A stretch of 64,000 nucleotides of DNA from NCBI GenBank assembly GCA_037379345.1, contig CM074524.1, positions 13,322,885-13,386,884 of the forward strand, given 5' to 3'. This document shows, in pieces, positions 1-13,041 of the stretch (position 1 is the stretch's first letter; each line of letters opens with the position of its first letter). The notes under the pieces were generated by a model. That model saw only the letters and a list, made by a program, of their open reading frames with translations, searched no databases and had not been told where the DNA came from. This stretch comes from Perna viridis. Its lineage: Eukaryota. The position numbers and the translations under genes were made by a program.

Positions 1-110
1 GAATATTAATTTTTGAACACAACTTAGATCTATGTCATCTAATTATAGTTGAATATCACATTATTTAACTGTTGTATTAGTGGATAATTGATGGATATTT
101 AAGTGAGGAC

Positions 111-304
111 CAGGCGCAGATTCGGAAAAGGGGGTTCGACCCAGACGCGGACTCAGAAAATGGGGTTCGGTCTGGAAGTAAATAAAATGAGATTCCAGGA
201 TATAATATGCTCCTTTACCCTTTGACCAAGATTGAAAAAAATCGTATAGAAAGGGGAGGCTTCCAATTACTGGAGGCCCCCGCTCCTTGATGGATCCACC
301 ACTG
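111..304. mobile_element. Short GC-rich non-autonomous DNA element (CAGG..GGATCC termini)
   Basis: CAGGCGCAGATTC ... GGATCCACCACTG imperfect inverted ends; same type as 7775-7976. Confidence 0.5.
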
Positions 305-1011
305 TTAATTAATGTGCTTAGGAATGTGGCTGTGATTGAAACATGTCACAGAGAAAAAGTATTATGGAGTTTAGATCAAATTTGTCATGCAGGAATTATT
401 ATTATGAGCCAATGAGCAATTTACAGATACATTGCTCTGTCAAACGGCTTTGTTGTCACGTAATGCTTTCGTTTGACATTGTTTTTTTTTTTTTTTTTTT
501 TTTTTGTTTTCTCGTCCTCTTTTATGTTTTTTTTTTAAACTTTGGGGAACAGTTGGGAATTTTTATTGTTGATTGTTAATGTTTTGTTTTGTTGATGTTG
601 TTTTGTATTTTCTTGTCTTTGCTTTAATTATTAACTCCTATTTAATTCAGATTTGGTAGTAATGATTTACCATTAAGGATCCTAATATCTAATTTTGTTT
701 AATGCAAGAAGCAGACAATGCGTAATATTTCCTTCATTAATGTTTCATTAAATACAAATAATTACATTTGGAATTCTATTGATTCGATATGGGAATAGCA
801 AAATATTGCATGTTTTTAATCAATATTCGCTCAAAGCATAGACCTACCAAAAAATGATGGAACATCTTAGAAAAGGTTTTAATATTTCATAACATCACTC
901 TTCTGAAGTCATTGTTTCAAGCGTAAAATTTGTTTGTCGGGAGTTACCATATTTTTTTAATTCATGGATATCATTGTTCGAGAAAATGCAAGTATTTAGA
1001 TTAGATTGGTT

Positions 1012-1429
1012 TTAAGTAGCACTCCAGCTAAGAATCATTCAAAATGTGATTCATGGGTAAAAAGCCTACGTATGTTTATATTTGATATTTTGTTTGAAAT
1101 GTCATAGTAAACAAAAATTAACACGTGGTTTTTCATATAACCCGTGCTCTTAGGAGATAAAAACTATAAAAATTATATAGAATGCACTGTAGATTTCAAA
1201 ATTAAGGGAGATAACTCTATAAATGCCGCTCAAATACAATAGAATCTACTGGATTTTCAATATGGATTGTCTCCTAAGAGCAGACAGATTTGAATGAATA
1301 GAATAATTACACATTTCATAGTATAGACCCATAAAACAACCTAATTGCAAAAATAAAAATATGTAGCCTTTTTGAGGGTGTATCACATTTTTCAGATTTT
1401 GCATGATTCTTACAAAAAGAGCTACTTAA
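1012..1429 (+). mobile_element. MITE family A (about 400 bp, TTAA-flanked)
   Basis: TTAA-GTAGC...GCTAC-TTAA with subterminal TAAGAATCAT/ATGATTCTTA. Related copies at 9520-9909, 31542-31792, 52460-52548, 63574-63976. Confidence 0.85.
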
Positions 1430-1548
1430 GTTTTTGTTCAGATCTACAACTATTTTTAGCGCTTACATCTTCCGTATTGGTGATTGTAAATAGATACATA
1501 CATTAGCAAAAAACATCTAAGAGGTTGGCGAATTTATTCAAGGAATGT

Positions 1549-1676
1549 CTGTTATATTTTTTCGGTCTATGAAGAAATAACTTCAATCACGTTGTGGCAT
1601 ACTAAATAACCTGCTTAGCAGGTTATTTTTCAAGTGGGCATCGTGATTATCTCAAATAGACCGGAAAAATATCACA
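1549..1676. mobile_element. Small palindromic MITE
   Basis: TGTTATATTTTTTCGGTCTAT ... ATAGACCGGAAAAATATCACA inverted arms. Confidence 0.55.
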
Positions 1677-3659
1677 GTCATTCCTTATAACTTAATTTCA
1701 GTATCAAAGTTAGAAAGAGTAAATCATCAAAAAATGTTGATGACGTTACCGTCACATAACAAAATTGGTCTATGTGATGATGGACAACTTTTTTCCTATC
1801 AGAAAGCGTGTTTACATCTGAAATTAAATTATTTATATATTTTAGCAAAAAAACAAACAAACAAACAAGCAAAACAAACAAAAAACAAAAACAAAAAGAA
1901 TTGAAGATGGAATACGGAATGAAAGGAGATATACTTTAGTTTTCTGGTCGGTCGAGTCTAAAGAATATTTTGCTTATTTTAATATTCTTTGTTTATGCTG
2001 AATAATTTCGAGTGGAAAGGGCCACAGCAGATCTGTATGCAAAAGGGACTATAGTTTTATAAAGCTATAACATATGTAGACCAAATGGCATCGTTTGTAT
2101 TGTGGATTTTTCTGCACTGTGCAATTACCTCTACAATTAGTAGTGCCCGAATCTTAGATAGACTGGTACTAATGTAATGTACTTATGAATGAATCGATTG
2201 GAAGCATATATTTAGAATACACGGAACCTTTGATGTTCAAAATGTACTTAGTTTTCGTAGACTTCAAAACCATCAATTTATAATATGCATTCATCTTACT
2301 TAAATTCTTTTCACCAGTCAGTTCCTATTTATAAAACCAACAATGATTTACTTGTGGCGCGTGTCCCTACACGCCTCGCTAGCTCTCAATAATGTCTAGA
2401 ACTTGCTTTTATCAGATTTTAATCTTGTTTATGGATTTGAATATTTAAAAATTAATTCGAAAGCAAAAATATAATGCATCTTTCTTTTTTGTTATCGAGA
2501 TTTCCACGAATAAGATTATACTTGCACATTACCGTTATAGAAAAGTTTGTTCTAATTAAAATGCAAAGTTCACACGACTTCTTCATTTGATGTTTTTGAA
2601 TAATAAATAGAGTATTAATCTCATAGTCTGAATAAACTCATTTGTTAACAACATGTCAGTTTTAGTGTCAAGATGCAGATAGATGCGCTAGAATTTCATA
2701 ATATTGTAAATAGGAAGTACAAACTTGAATCTACTATTTTATAACTGTTTTGTTTTGTATATTTGTTTTTGCTCTGTATTCTTACTATTTTATCATAGTA
2801 ACCCCCCCCCCATTTTCTTTAGTATTATAACAGATGCGAAACGGAATCTGCTGGCAAAATCATCTGTAACACGTGACAGTACTTCGTATTCCCTTAAGTG
2901 TTTGTTTTAGTGGGTTTTGAATCCTCTCCGTCGTGTGAGTCTGGTTATCCTATCAACGCTTGCATGCTGTTTTCTCCCTTGACTACGTTCAGGAACATTT
3001 ATCCTAAGATTTATTTCTTTAAAGAATTGTGTATCATCAGATTGTATGCTTAAATATTTTACAATAATATAACATTTCTTTCAAGTAGTATCCCCGAAGC
3101 TTAATCACTTCAATTTAACTCCCTGAAATCAATGCTTTCTAAATGGAAATTCTGATTCCTTTCTCTTTACTTATCAAACGATTTCAAATTGCTTGATTGA
3201 AATTCGGTGGAAGAACTCCCCTTGTTAATAAAGTTCCAAGATTAATGGAAGAAAGTTTTTATTGAGATCTTAAGGATCTATAAAAGAGATTTTTGCCCAA
3301 GGAGGTTCGGTGCTTGAATAATAGAAATAAATTGCATAATTCAAAGAGATGAAAGAAAATACTATAAAGGGGGCTCTTTATTTTAATGATATGATTTGTT
3401 TCCATATAAAGCGTTCAATAAGGTATAGATTTAGCTTTCGTTGCACCACATATACTTTACTTAAGTATAGCGTAATATTTAACTAGAGACTTTAATATAT
3501 GACTCAAGTATGTAAAGTTTTTTTTTTAAACCAGTAAAAAAGCCATGAAGGCAACACAGAGGGTATACCTTTAAAAGTACAGTAAAACAATTTATAGAAC
3601 ACAAGTTTTACGGTGATTATTTTAACTAACCAAGTTTTTAATAAACTTGATAAAAACCG

Positions 3660-3830
3660 GTATACTAGGACTGATCAGGAGATTTTAAAAGGGGGGGCCA
3701 AAGTGTTCCATATACTGGGGCTGATCCAGAGATTTTGGAAAGGGCCGGGGGTCAAAAGTGTTCCGTATACTAGGGCTAATCCAGGGGTTTTGGAAAAGGG
3801 GTGGGGTTCCAGAGTGTTCCAGGATGTATT
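3660..3830. repeat. Tandem repeat, about 50-55 bp x 3-4
   Basis: TATACTAGG.CTGATCCAG.GATTTTGGAAAGGGG...AGTGTTCC repeated. Confidence 0.7.
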
Positions 3831-4393
3831 TTATTCATTTTTGCCCTAATGTTCCCCCCCCCACACACACACACACACTTTTACATTATTTGCTGGTACA
3901 ACACACGTTTTTGCCAATATATTACCGGTATAATCTTATCAAATTCTTCTATTTAATGTTACTGATGATTTTACCGTCTGGCACAAAACATGTATTATAA
4001 AACGGAAGATGACACTTTTTATCAAATTATCCGTATGTTTCACTTTTTAAAGCCTGGATTAATTTGTAACACCTGGTGACCCGTTATTTTTTCCGGATAT
4101 TATAATGTTTAAAAGTCACGCGCTTCGATCACAGGTCCAAATTAACTTTCATTTTTTGATGCGTTGATAAAAGCAAACACCCTTTGATATTAATGCATTA
4201 TTGATCGCAGCGAACTAAATTTGAAAGCTGTTGCTTCTTTTTAGCAAGAACAAAAGATCTTCTTTTTGTCCTCGTTTTTCACTGAACCATGAATATGCTT
4301 CAAGTGTTATGGTAACGGATTGCGAGTTACATTTTTATTATTTCACCCGAAACGTTCAATTTGTTTTACTAAATTTTGTGGCGATGAGTGGAC

Positions 4394-6419
4394 ATGGAGG
4401 ACAAAGAATTTTTTATTGTGGTATGAATTTTTAAGTTTTTTTCTGAATATTAACTGCTACTAAGTAAAAATAATTATACTTATAACAAAGAAAAAAGCAT
4501 TTCTGTTTTCTTAAAATGAAACGCAGTTCGTAGATTATGAGATAGAAATGAACTGACAACGGGAAAGAAAAATGGGGGCGGGGTACTTTCAACTATTATG
4601 CGAATTAATTGTATGATATTCCAGACTCTTGCGAAAACAGCGCATTTATTATTTATTATCATTATGCATTTACGACTTTTTTTAATTTCAAATCCGACGT
4701 TGAGAAGGAAATTCCGATTTTTTTTTGTCCTACTTGTCTTGTCGAAACGCATTTTCCATCGCTGTGGTTTGGTACATTATTTCCAAATAAGCAGCATGAC
4801 TGGGGTAAAAGACTGATATCATAGTTTTTTTTCGTCTTCTTTTAGTCATCACAAGAGTTCATTAATCCTGCCTTTGAGCCAGACGACAACGTTCCAAAAG
4901 ACTTCAAATTCCGTGATTTAGTAGCACAAGTTCTCCGGCAGCAAACTGATGATGCACATCACCCATATGGACGGACAGATCTTTATACGACAGTATTCAT
5001 AGGCCATAATTCAAAGACCACGGAAGACACAGACAGTTCTAAACTAGCATTCTGGGGGATTCTGCTATTTATAATTCTGGGAATCACCTGCGGCATAATC
5101 GTGATGGCGGGTAAGTTATATTTGATGGAAAGGTATAAAAATATTAGTGTCACTTGGTACTATATATTATTGCCTTCGAGGCCAAAGGGATACTTAACAG
5201 GTATTAGGGAAATAATGTGCGTTCCAGATAATTATTACCATACTAAACCCATTCATATACTAGTATATTACATGCACATATGTACTTTAACACATAATTA
5301 TGCCATTTTAAAAGAAAAGTTGCACTCTAGAATACAATAGTCCGTTCCGCAATAACTTAAACATGCCTCCTCCTATAGCTAGTTTTTGTTTTAATTCCGG
5401 AAGTTGCGTAGACTCCATAGCGATTTTCTTTGTTTTGTTCTAAAAGACGACAATGGTGCTGAAAAGGTACTCATAAAACCTCATAATTTCCTTTAAAACG
5501 TGCTGAGAACAATGTATGCAAATAAACTATCCTGAAAATTGCATTCATCGCGTTTCCTTTGTCAATAATTCTGCTTTAGATTTCTGAAATCCCATAGGGA
5601 AAACTTAAATCAAAGGTTTAAACGCATAAAGACTGAGTGCATCATCGCCATTTAAAGATATTTCTAAGTTCACTATTCAGTTGTGTAGTTGTACTAATTG
5701 TACGATGAACTAAGAGCGTAGGAACTCTGGTCCAAAAGAAAGCAAACTTCTAGCACATAGCACTTAACTATAGTTGTGGCAAATACCGAATTGTCATAAA
5801 AAATGTGAGGGTAAGCGACCAAATGCGATCAAAAATAGCGCAAATATCCAACAGTGATCGATCGTAAAGGTAGCAAATACCAATCAGTGATCGAAAAAAG
5901 GTGCAAATGTTAGTGATGGATACATGTACAAAGGGCAAATGCCAAACAGTGATCGATAAAAGGGACCAACGTCCAACAGTGATCGGGAGGTGGGAGCAAA
6001 CAACCAAATGCGATTATCCAACAGTGATCGGGAGGTGGGGGGGGGGGCAAACAATCAAATGCGATTATCCAACAGTGATCGATTAGAAAATGGAGTTAAT
6101 ACAACTGATGTTAATCCAAAAAAAAAATATTTAATCCACAATAAATTATTTTGACCCGTCCGGTGAATTAGGGAAATCGGATGCATAATGTTTTATTATT
6201 GATTTTATAAAATTATTTTGTTTTGTTGTTTTAGCTTTTTATCATGTTCTGTTGTTTATTTTTGTTTGTTTGTTTTTGTTTGGGTTTTTTTTCGTTTTTG
6301 TTTGTGTTTTTTTTTTTTCAAGTAGTGTTAATAGTACCGGTAATTGTATTGTTTCTTTCTTTACAGAGATGCACAAGTTGGAAAACGCAAGTCAAATCAA
6401 CTCCACAACAACAGGATAG
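4394..6419 (+). CDS. Small single-pass membrane protein, 114 aa, 3 coding exons, unknown family
   Basis: Exons 4394-4420 (GGACATGG start, MEDKEFFIV, donor GTATGA), 4846-5110 (acceptor TTCTTTTAG, donor GTAAGT) and 6367-6419 (acceptor TTCTTTACAG, stop TAG) join in frame (phases 0,1). Protein has FINPAFEPD, a hydrophobic segment LAFWGILLFIILGITCGIIVMA and a short tail EMHKLENASQINSTTTG. Exon 1 is the least certain part. Confidence 0.65.
5810..6085. repeat. Degenerate minisatellite (about 30-50 bp units) in intron 2 of the membrane-protein gene
   Basis: Recurrent CCAACAGTGATCG core. Confidence 0.75.
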
Positions 6420-7540
6420 CATAATATTTTATGTACGTTCAGTACCAAATATGACATCCTGTTCGCAAAGTTTCACGTTAAATTATCATGTGGAAAGGAT
6501 ATAATTATTTCCATCTAATATACCATTTTGAGTTAAGCATAAATGCTCAACGACTTCTTTGAGTGAAATCTGCCATTATAGAACATTTGCAATTGTCAGG
6601 TGATTGATGTTTCTGTAATGTTGAAAGAGAACGTGCAATTTGACACGCGCATGGTTAGTGTAAAAGAAACGTACAATGTATTTGTGTTTGGTGTGAACGT
6701 GTCGCCCTAATAACGCAAAAGGATAAGATAATGACCTCCGCGGATGCAAATCTTGACTGTTCAAAAGCATCACTTTATACGTTAAATTAAAGTCAAAGAC
6801 ATCGCTTGATGTTATGTTCAGTGGTATCGTTTCGATCAGACAACTAAATAAACGATACAATGTACTCGGGAAACCATCAAATCCGTCCATGATTACTTTA
6901 TCAAATTTCTGTGATGTTTGAATAGAGACAAATTTGTGCATGATGTGCAACATCTAATTGTAATTTCATTATTCATATGATTGATTCTACTGCACTTGAA
7001 ATAATTACTTCATACACATCAACAATAATTAAGTTGTGCTTTAAAGTAAATAGTGCATACGGCGCATCGCATCGCTTCCCTCCGCCGGTCACTATAGTTT
7101 GAAAGCGGATCTTATCGTTTCGCACATGCAATTCTGTATGTGAACATTTTGGAAGTATTGTATTCGTGAGTTGACATTTTTTTTATATATAATGCTCAAA
7201 CATGTCGTTTCAAATTGTAGATAGTTTCATAAAATAATGTTGAGATGGACAACTTCTTAAACTTATCTTGGTATATTTATTTGAAAATTGAATATTAAAC
7301 AAAAGTTACTCCTACTCCATTTAACCTAAGCTTGATGCACCAGTACGTTTAAAGCGTTTTCTGTTTGTCTTCCAACACCCGACAGGTTAAATATTCAAAG
7401 TCCATTTATTGGGTATGAAATCATTTCCTTAGGCACCATCCGCCTAACCGTCTAAGTCCAGAACGCTTACTATTACGCCACCAGTCATTCCCCAATAAAA
7501 GGATGATGAGTTAAAAGTAGTGAATCAGTTGCTGTGCGGC

Positions 7541-7602
7541 CATCCTCCCAAGTCAGAGTTTTGAGTCCACCTTTGCTCCTAAAACCCTGACTTGGGAGGA
7601 TG
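7541..7602. repeat. 62-bp hairpin / mini-MITE
   Basis: CATCCTCCCAAGTCAG ... CTGACTTGGGAGGATG, perfect 16-bp stem that extends inward with mismatches. Confidence 0.75.
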
Positions 7603-7774
7603 CTGTACGGTATTATTATTCATAAAATATCTTTTTTCAATATAAAAACAAATTCAAAACTTGCAAAATCTGTTAAAAATGTCATCATTGCAAACTTTGT
7701 CAATACAATAAGTCCTTTTTAAGTTTGATTTACCTTAATTTCGTCCTAATAGAAACGCGGTTGGTCAATCTAAT

Positions 7775-7976
7775 CAGGCGCGGATCCAAGGACTGGCGTT
7801 CCGGGCGTACGCCACCCCCCCCCCCACACACACACACACTAAATCGGTAAGAACACAATTTTAAACCACAAGTTTCATCCAATAATATTTTTGCCAAGCT
7901 TTGCACGGCATTTAATTCATTTACCCCCTCCCCCCCCCACGGGCCCCCGTAAAATCTAATACTGGATCCGCCCCTG
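7775..7976. mobile_element. Non-autonomous DNA transposon with 5-bp TSD
   Basis: CAGGCGCGGATCCA...TGGATCCGCCCCTG inverted ends, flanked by CTAAT on both sides. Confidence 0.75.
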
Positions 7977-9519
7977 CTAATGCAGAGAAATATTACATCA
8001 TATAATACTACTTTTTCCCTACAAAGAAGATAAAAAATTTTCAAGTGTACAATTTATGGAGAGGTTAGAGACCTTGCTCTTATTAAAATATAAGTCGACG
8101 TAAATACAGTTATACGTTCTATTACTATATTCTACTCTCATTTAGATGTCTCACGCTGGGATGCACTTCCGGTAGAATGATATTGCCATTCTAAAAAAAA
8201 ATTATGAAGGTTATGTAAACGTTTTCATCCCGTTGAAGTGTTTCCGCGTCAGCAGGTAGCATTGTAGCCAGTTAAATTGAACAAAAATCGGGCAGTATGC
8301 TCGCATCACCTTAACCGGAAGTAACTTTAAATTAAGTGTCATTGATACGTCTCCTTAATATTCAAGCGCGCTTTCTGTAAAACGGTTTGATTTCTAACTT
8401 CTTTGAAATTATCTAATCATCTATGACAGGACATAAAAAATCAATCACGTTTTCTTGCTATATTTGACTTTACTTCTTGTAAATCTCAAGTTAACAAGAG
8501 ATTTTACTTAAGCCACACGCAATTCGCTTTTATGTTGCGAAAATAGAATTAAAATGTCTCCGCGAAGTTCTAATTCAGGAGGCACTTTAAATTTTTTTAC
8601 ATGTTTTTTTTCCAAACTTACATGTGCAATATGGAATCTCTACAAACCGTCAACTTGACCCAAGTACATCGTGGATCAAAGGAGATATACTTAGGACAGA
8701 ATTTTCTCCCCGGCCTTTTGTTGAAAATTTTGGCAAAACTGAAAAGCCTGCAACAGCCTCCCGTATTAAAATTTACGGATCGGACCTACCCTACCACGAT
8801 TTTAAAATTTTATTTGAATAAGATCTTGTAGGAAGTAACGCTTTCATTGGATAAACATTTATTGCACCAACTTGAGATTCAAAAACAAATATACAATGAA
8901 TAAACAACGTAAATGTTTTTACTGTCACCAACTGAAAAAAGAACGGATATGGTGACACGCAATATATAGTCAATGCCTTCAGAGGTAATAAAAAAGGCGC
9001 CAACAGGTGTAAACACACTCCTTTAAGCAAGCTCTGGAAGGCCCCTAGAAGGAGGTATTATATGATGTTTTAAATATCGTGAATGAGCATATGGGGTATG
9101 GGGGATTAACATTCTTTACTTCTCTTTCTGGTCTCGCACGGACGTTAAGTAATCTCATGTAATTTTTATGGTCATGACTACTATTTTCCTTGTAAATATT
9201 GCACGGCCGTCCTATACGGGTATTCTGTTCGTGAGTTCTCTTAGTAGACTGTGGTAAACAAACGGATCTCGGTGGCGGGGCCCTGCACCCTTCCGAAGAA
9301 CCCGGGCAGAGTGTGTCCTACTAGCGGCTGGTCTGCTGTGTTGAAGCTCTGGTCAATCCCCAGACCCCACGTGGGTCCGAGAACGTTTCCCCACTCTAAC
9401 CCTGTTTCGGAGAACATCAACCGAAGAGTGGTTAATCTCATGACTGACTGAGGAGGTTTAACGTCCTTGTCTACCCTGTCGGGTCTCAAAGGGACGGTAA
9501 TCAACGGAGTAATACATAG

Positions 9520-9909
9520 TTAAGTAGCGCTCCACATAAGAATCATCCAAAGTGTGATTCGTGGTTGGAAAGCCTACATATTTTTATTTTTGATATTTTG
9601 TTTAAAATGTCATAGTAAACAGAAAGTAACATGTGGCTTTTGATATAACCCGTGTTATAGGAGATAAAAATTATTTAGAATGTACTGTAGAATTCAAAAT
9701 TAAGGGAGATAACTCTGTAAATGACCCTAAACTACAATAGAAATTGTGTGGATTATCTCCTAAGAGTAGACAGATTGGAATAGATAATTATACATTTCAT
9801 CTATAGATCTGTAAAGCAATTTAGTAACAAAAATAAATTTATGTAGCCTTTTAAGAGGTGTATGGCATTTTACAGAATTTGCATGATTCTTACAAAGACT
9901 GCTACTTAA
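9520..9909 (+). mobile_element. MITE family A
   Basis: Full-length homologue of 1012-1429 with TTAA ends. Confidence 0.85.
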
Positions 9910-10295
9910 TAGGTCTGCAGAGGAGAAAAATAAAACAATGCAAAAACATTTGAATGGGTCTTTAAATATGATGTAAAAAACGGATGGAAGTCACGGTTGC
10001 CATTGTAACATCAAATCCAGATGTTTCATGCTGACATCTTATACAGGCATACGTATTTCTAAGGTATTAGGTGCAATCTACCATAGGTGAAATCATGACC
10101 TATTTTTATTTAAACTTCGATGTTATTGATATTAAAAAAGTTTAGATCTATCAAAGTGACATTATATCAAATTAGCTTTTAATCCACGTACATTAAACTT
10201 CTATTTTGCACATCGATCACAGCTTGATGTTGTTATACAAATAATTTGGAACACAACCTAACCGAGTTATGTATGGACAAAATATATATACTTAG

Positions 10296-10510
10296 AAAGC
10301 AAGGGAACAAAAAGTTGAGCAGAAATTAAAAGAAAATTTTCAAAGGATAAAGACAGACACATGAACACAACAAAGAACATGGAATAACCAAAATAATACG
10401 TACGAAGAGATAAAAGTAAATGAGCAACCTCGATTCCACTAAAAACTGGGAGCATTGACCAGGTGCGCCGGTAAGGAAGGCGTAGTCTGCTTTTTTAATA
10501 CTACAACTTA
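10296..10510 (-). repeat. Interspersed repeat family E (probable retroelement 3' fragment)
   Basis: CAAGGGAAC..GAAAT.AAAAGAA..AAATAACCAAAAT..GGAGCAT.GACC; homologues at 19321-19527, 42992-43240 and, inverted, 57836-58010. Confidence 0.7.
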
Positions 10511-12529
10511 TTTGTAACATGCATGAACTAAGGACATACCATTTATGTAGCAGTTTTTATATATTAGACTGGAGACTATTTATGCACATCAAAAAGACAC
10601 AAAATTCACTATTTTTTTTTATTCAGAAACATTTTAAGCACATTAACAGCCTTAGTTTGTCATTAGGTTTTTAGTTGTATCATGTTGCAAGAGTTTGTTC
10701 CATTGTCTGTATGGTTTTCGCCAAAATACAGATCTGTATGCAGAAAGGATATGGCGTATAATGTATATCGTTGGGTTTTTCTGCACTTTGAATCACATTT
10801 ACCATTGTCAGTGTCTGGATATATATGAATTAGTAATTAAATTGACATAGACCTAACAATGAGATTCAGTCTAGTATTGCGCTAAAATGTATGAATGATT
10901 TGTATCGAAAGTCAGTACGTCATCTGCAGCTACTGTTAAGAAATATTGACGATGATCTTGGTAAAAAAAAGCACAGAAAGCGAATCATTGAATGCTACAA
11001 ATTACGTAGCTGATCTATCTGCTAAAGAGCTAAGATTAAGAATAAACACGATTATTCTTTAAGTACACCCATGGATAGTATGTAGCTGCGAACTACCAGG
11101 TTGAAAAGTCGAGTTGACGACCTGACTCTTGGGTCAGGCCATGCCATAGGAACTCCGCATCATCAACTGTTCACATTAATGACCTCTTTGAATGAAACTA
11201 TATTGTCAGATCGTGGAGTTTTTTTACTTTTATGTTTCAAACTTTTTCCCTGTCGTCTGACTTTTTCAAAGACTTATTCTTCATTATATGCATATTTTAA
11301 CTTATTATTTTTGTTAGGTATTTATTTGCGGATGAGTGTATTGTGCCCTTTTCATATGAAAATATCGTAGTACATGTATTACGATATAAGTGTGATCGGC
11401 CGGTTGTTCGTCCATTAACAGCGATTCGAGAGATTTTATGGAAATAGTATACACAAAGTCTAGAAGTAGTCCTGATAAAGGGAAACTACCATTCTTGCTT
11501 CCCCCCTCTTTTTTTTTTTTTGCCATGGCAGTTGGATTTTAAAAAGCAAAAGTGGGACACAGATAGTTCAGGCATTTTCGTAGCAGTTTTTTTTTTTCGT
11601 ATTTAAAAAAAATATTATCGTTTCTCTCGAAAAAGTCATTGTTTACCCTTTTTATGATTAAGTCAACTATAAAATGATAAACTGTATTCTTCTCTTTTTT
11701 TAATTTCAGTCTAGCACGCTGGTCGCTAGAAAAATGCCTCGGGCACATGCAATAGATGCCCAAGTAACAAAAAAATCCTATCTAAACGGTTCTCTTCCGC
11801 AACCAATAGCTGCAACGCACATACATGTACCATGTATGGTCTTAATGAAATCGCAAGTCATCACTACGAAGCAAGCGAAGTGTAAAAGCAAATTCGTAAT
11901 AAATAAACTGATGAAAGGACTAGCGGAAACCCAACTTAGATTCGCGGATATACATTTTGTACATTCAGAAGTTAACGTTAATAAAATGACTGAACTTTTT
12001 CGTTAGTTCTTTTTGGACTAATGCTAATTAGTGGCGTACTGATAAATCGAACAACTACTCACTGAGTTGTTTTTGGAAAGTGTTGTCTATGATTCGTGAA
12101 AAAGAATCCACTGTTAGAACAATAGGTTGAAGTCACAACAATGGTTTAAATTATTTTAATTTCCGCTAGAATCTCTGTTCTCTTTATTATTCTTTCCAAA
12201 GTAGAACCCTGATTTTTGTTCATAAGATTGTCATCATCGTCTTTTGTAAAGTCGAGCTTCCGTGAAGCTTGCTATTAAGTATCGCTTGTCCTAAACATGG
12301 TCGGTAAATCATAATCATCGTCTGTTTAAAGAATCGTTTACGCAACACATCGATTTGCGTTAAGTCATTTGGTATAGATACAAAAGTGTTTTTATACGAA
12401 ATATAGATACATTTCGTATATATACATCATTGCTATTTTGTTTTACATTATACCTGCAAAATTCATTGCTTTTCCACCACAGTTCAAAATAAGAGCGTCG
12501 CCTCTATATATCATGTCGATATTTAGATG

Positions 12530-13041
12530 ATTGATTGATTGATTGATTGTTGGGGTTTAACGCTTGAGCAGCTACATTTCAGCTATATTCAGGCGATGAA
12601 CATGAAATGGACGATAAAATTAACATGAAATGATGATGAAATGAAAAATGGGATGGGACACAAGGATAATAGGGTCGACAAATTTTGATTGCCATTAGAA
12701 AAGGGGAGGGATGGGTAGGGTCGGGCAATTTAGCCTCCTGTGGTCCTACTCTTATCGAATACCTCAACAGGGTTCTTTAACGTGCGAGGAACTTGGCATC
12801 TTTCCCAGCACGGTGCACCACTATGGTTTGCGGTCAGGTTATCCGTATAATAGCCTGAGAACCCCAGCATGTAACACGCCAGGGGTACCCCTTTCCACCA
12901 CCTAGGGCACACAACCCAGTTGCTCTGTGGAGAGAGCGCCCTAGCCCCCGGCTAAGGGTTCTGAGCACTATTTAGTCGCCTTTTACGACAAGCTTAGCGC
13001 TGCTGCAGGTCTATTCTTTTGATACCCGGACCTGCACGGGG
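12530..13041 (-). mobile_element. Full-length short non-LTR retroposon (SINE-like, non-tRNA head) with TSD
   Basis: Minus strand starts CCCCGTGCAGGTCC and ends CGTTAAACCCCAA(CAAT)5. Flanked by CGATATTTAGATG / CAATATTTTGATG (13 bp, 2 mismatches). The same 3' tail recurs at about 55150-55212. Confidence 0.8.

Noticed and set aside
6576-6953. 125-aa minus-strand ORF
   Set aside because: No recognisable motif or splice context; more likely the 3'UTR of the plus-strand membrane-protein gene.
9395-9500. Hammerhead ribozyme (CTGAGGA on plus; TTGATG..CGAAAC on minus)
   Set aside because: Neither strand has a complete CUGANGA..GAAA core with three stems.
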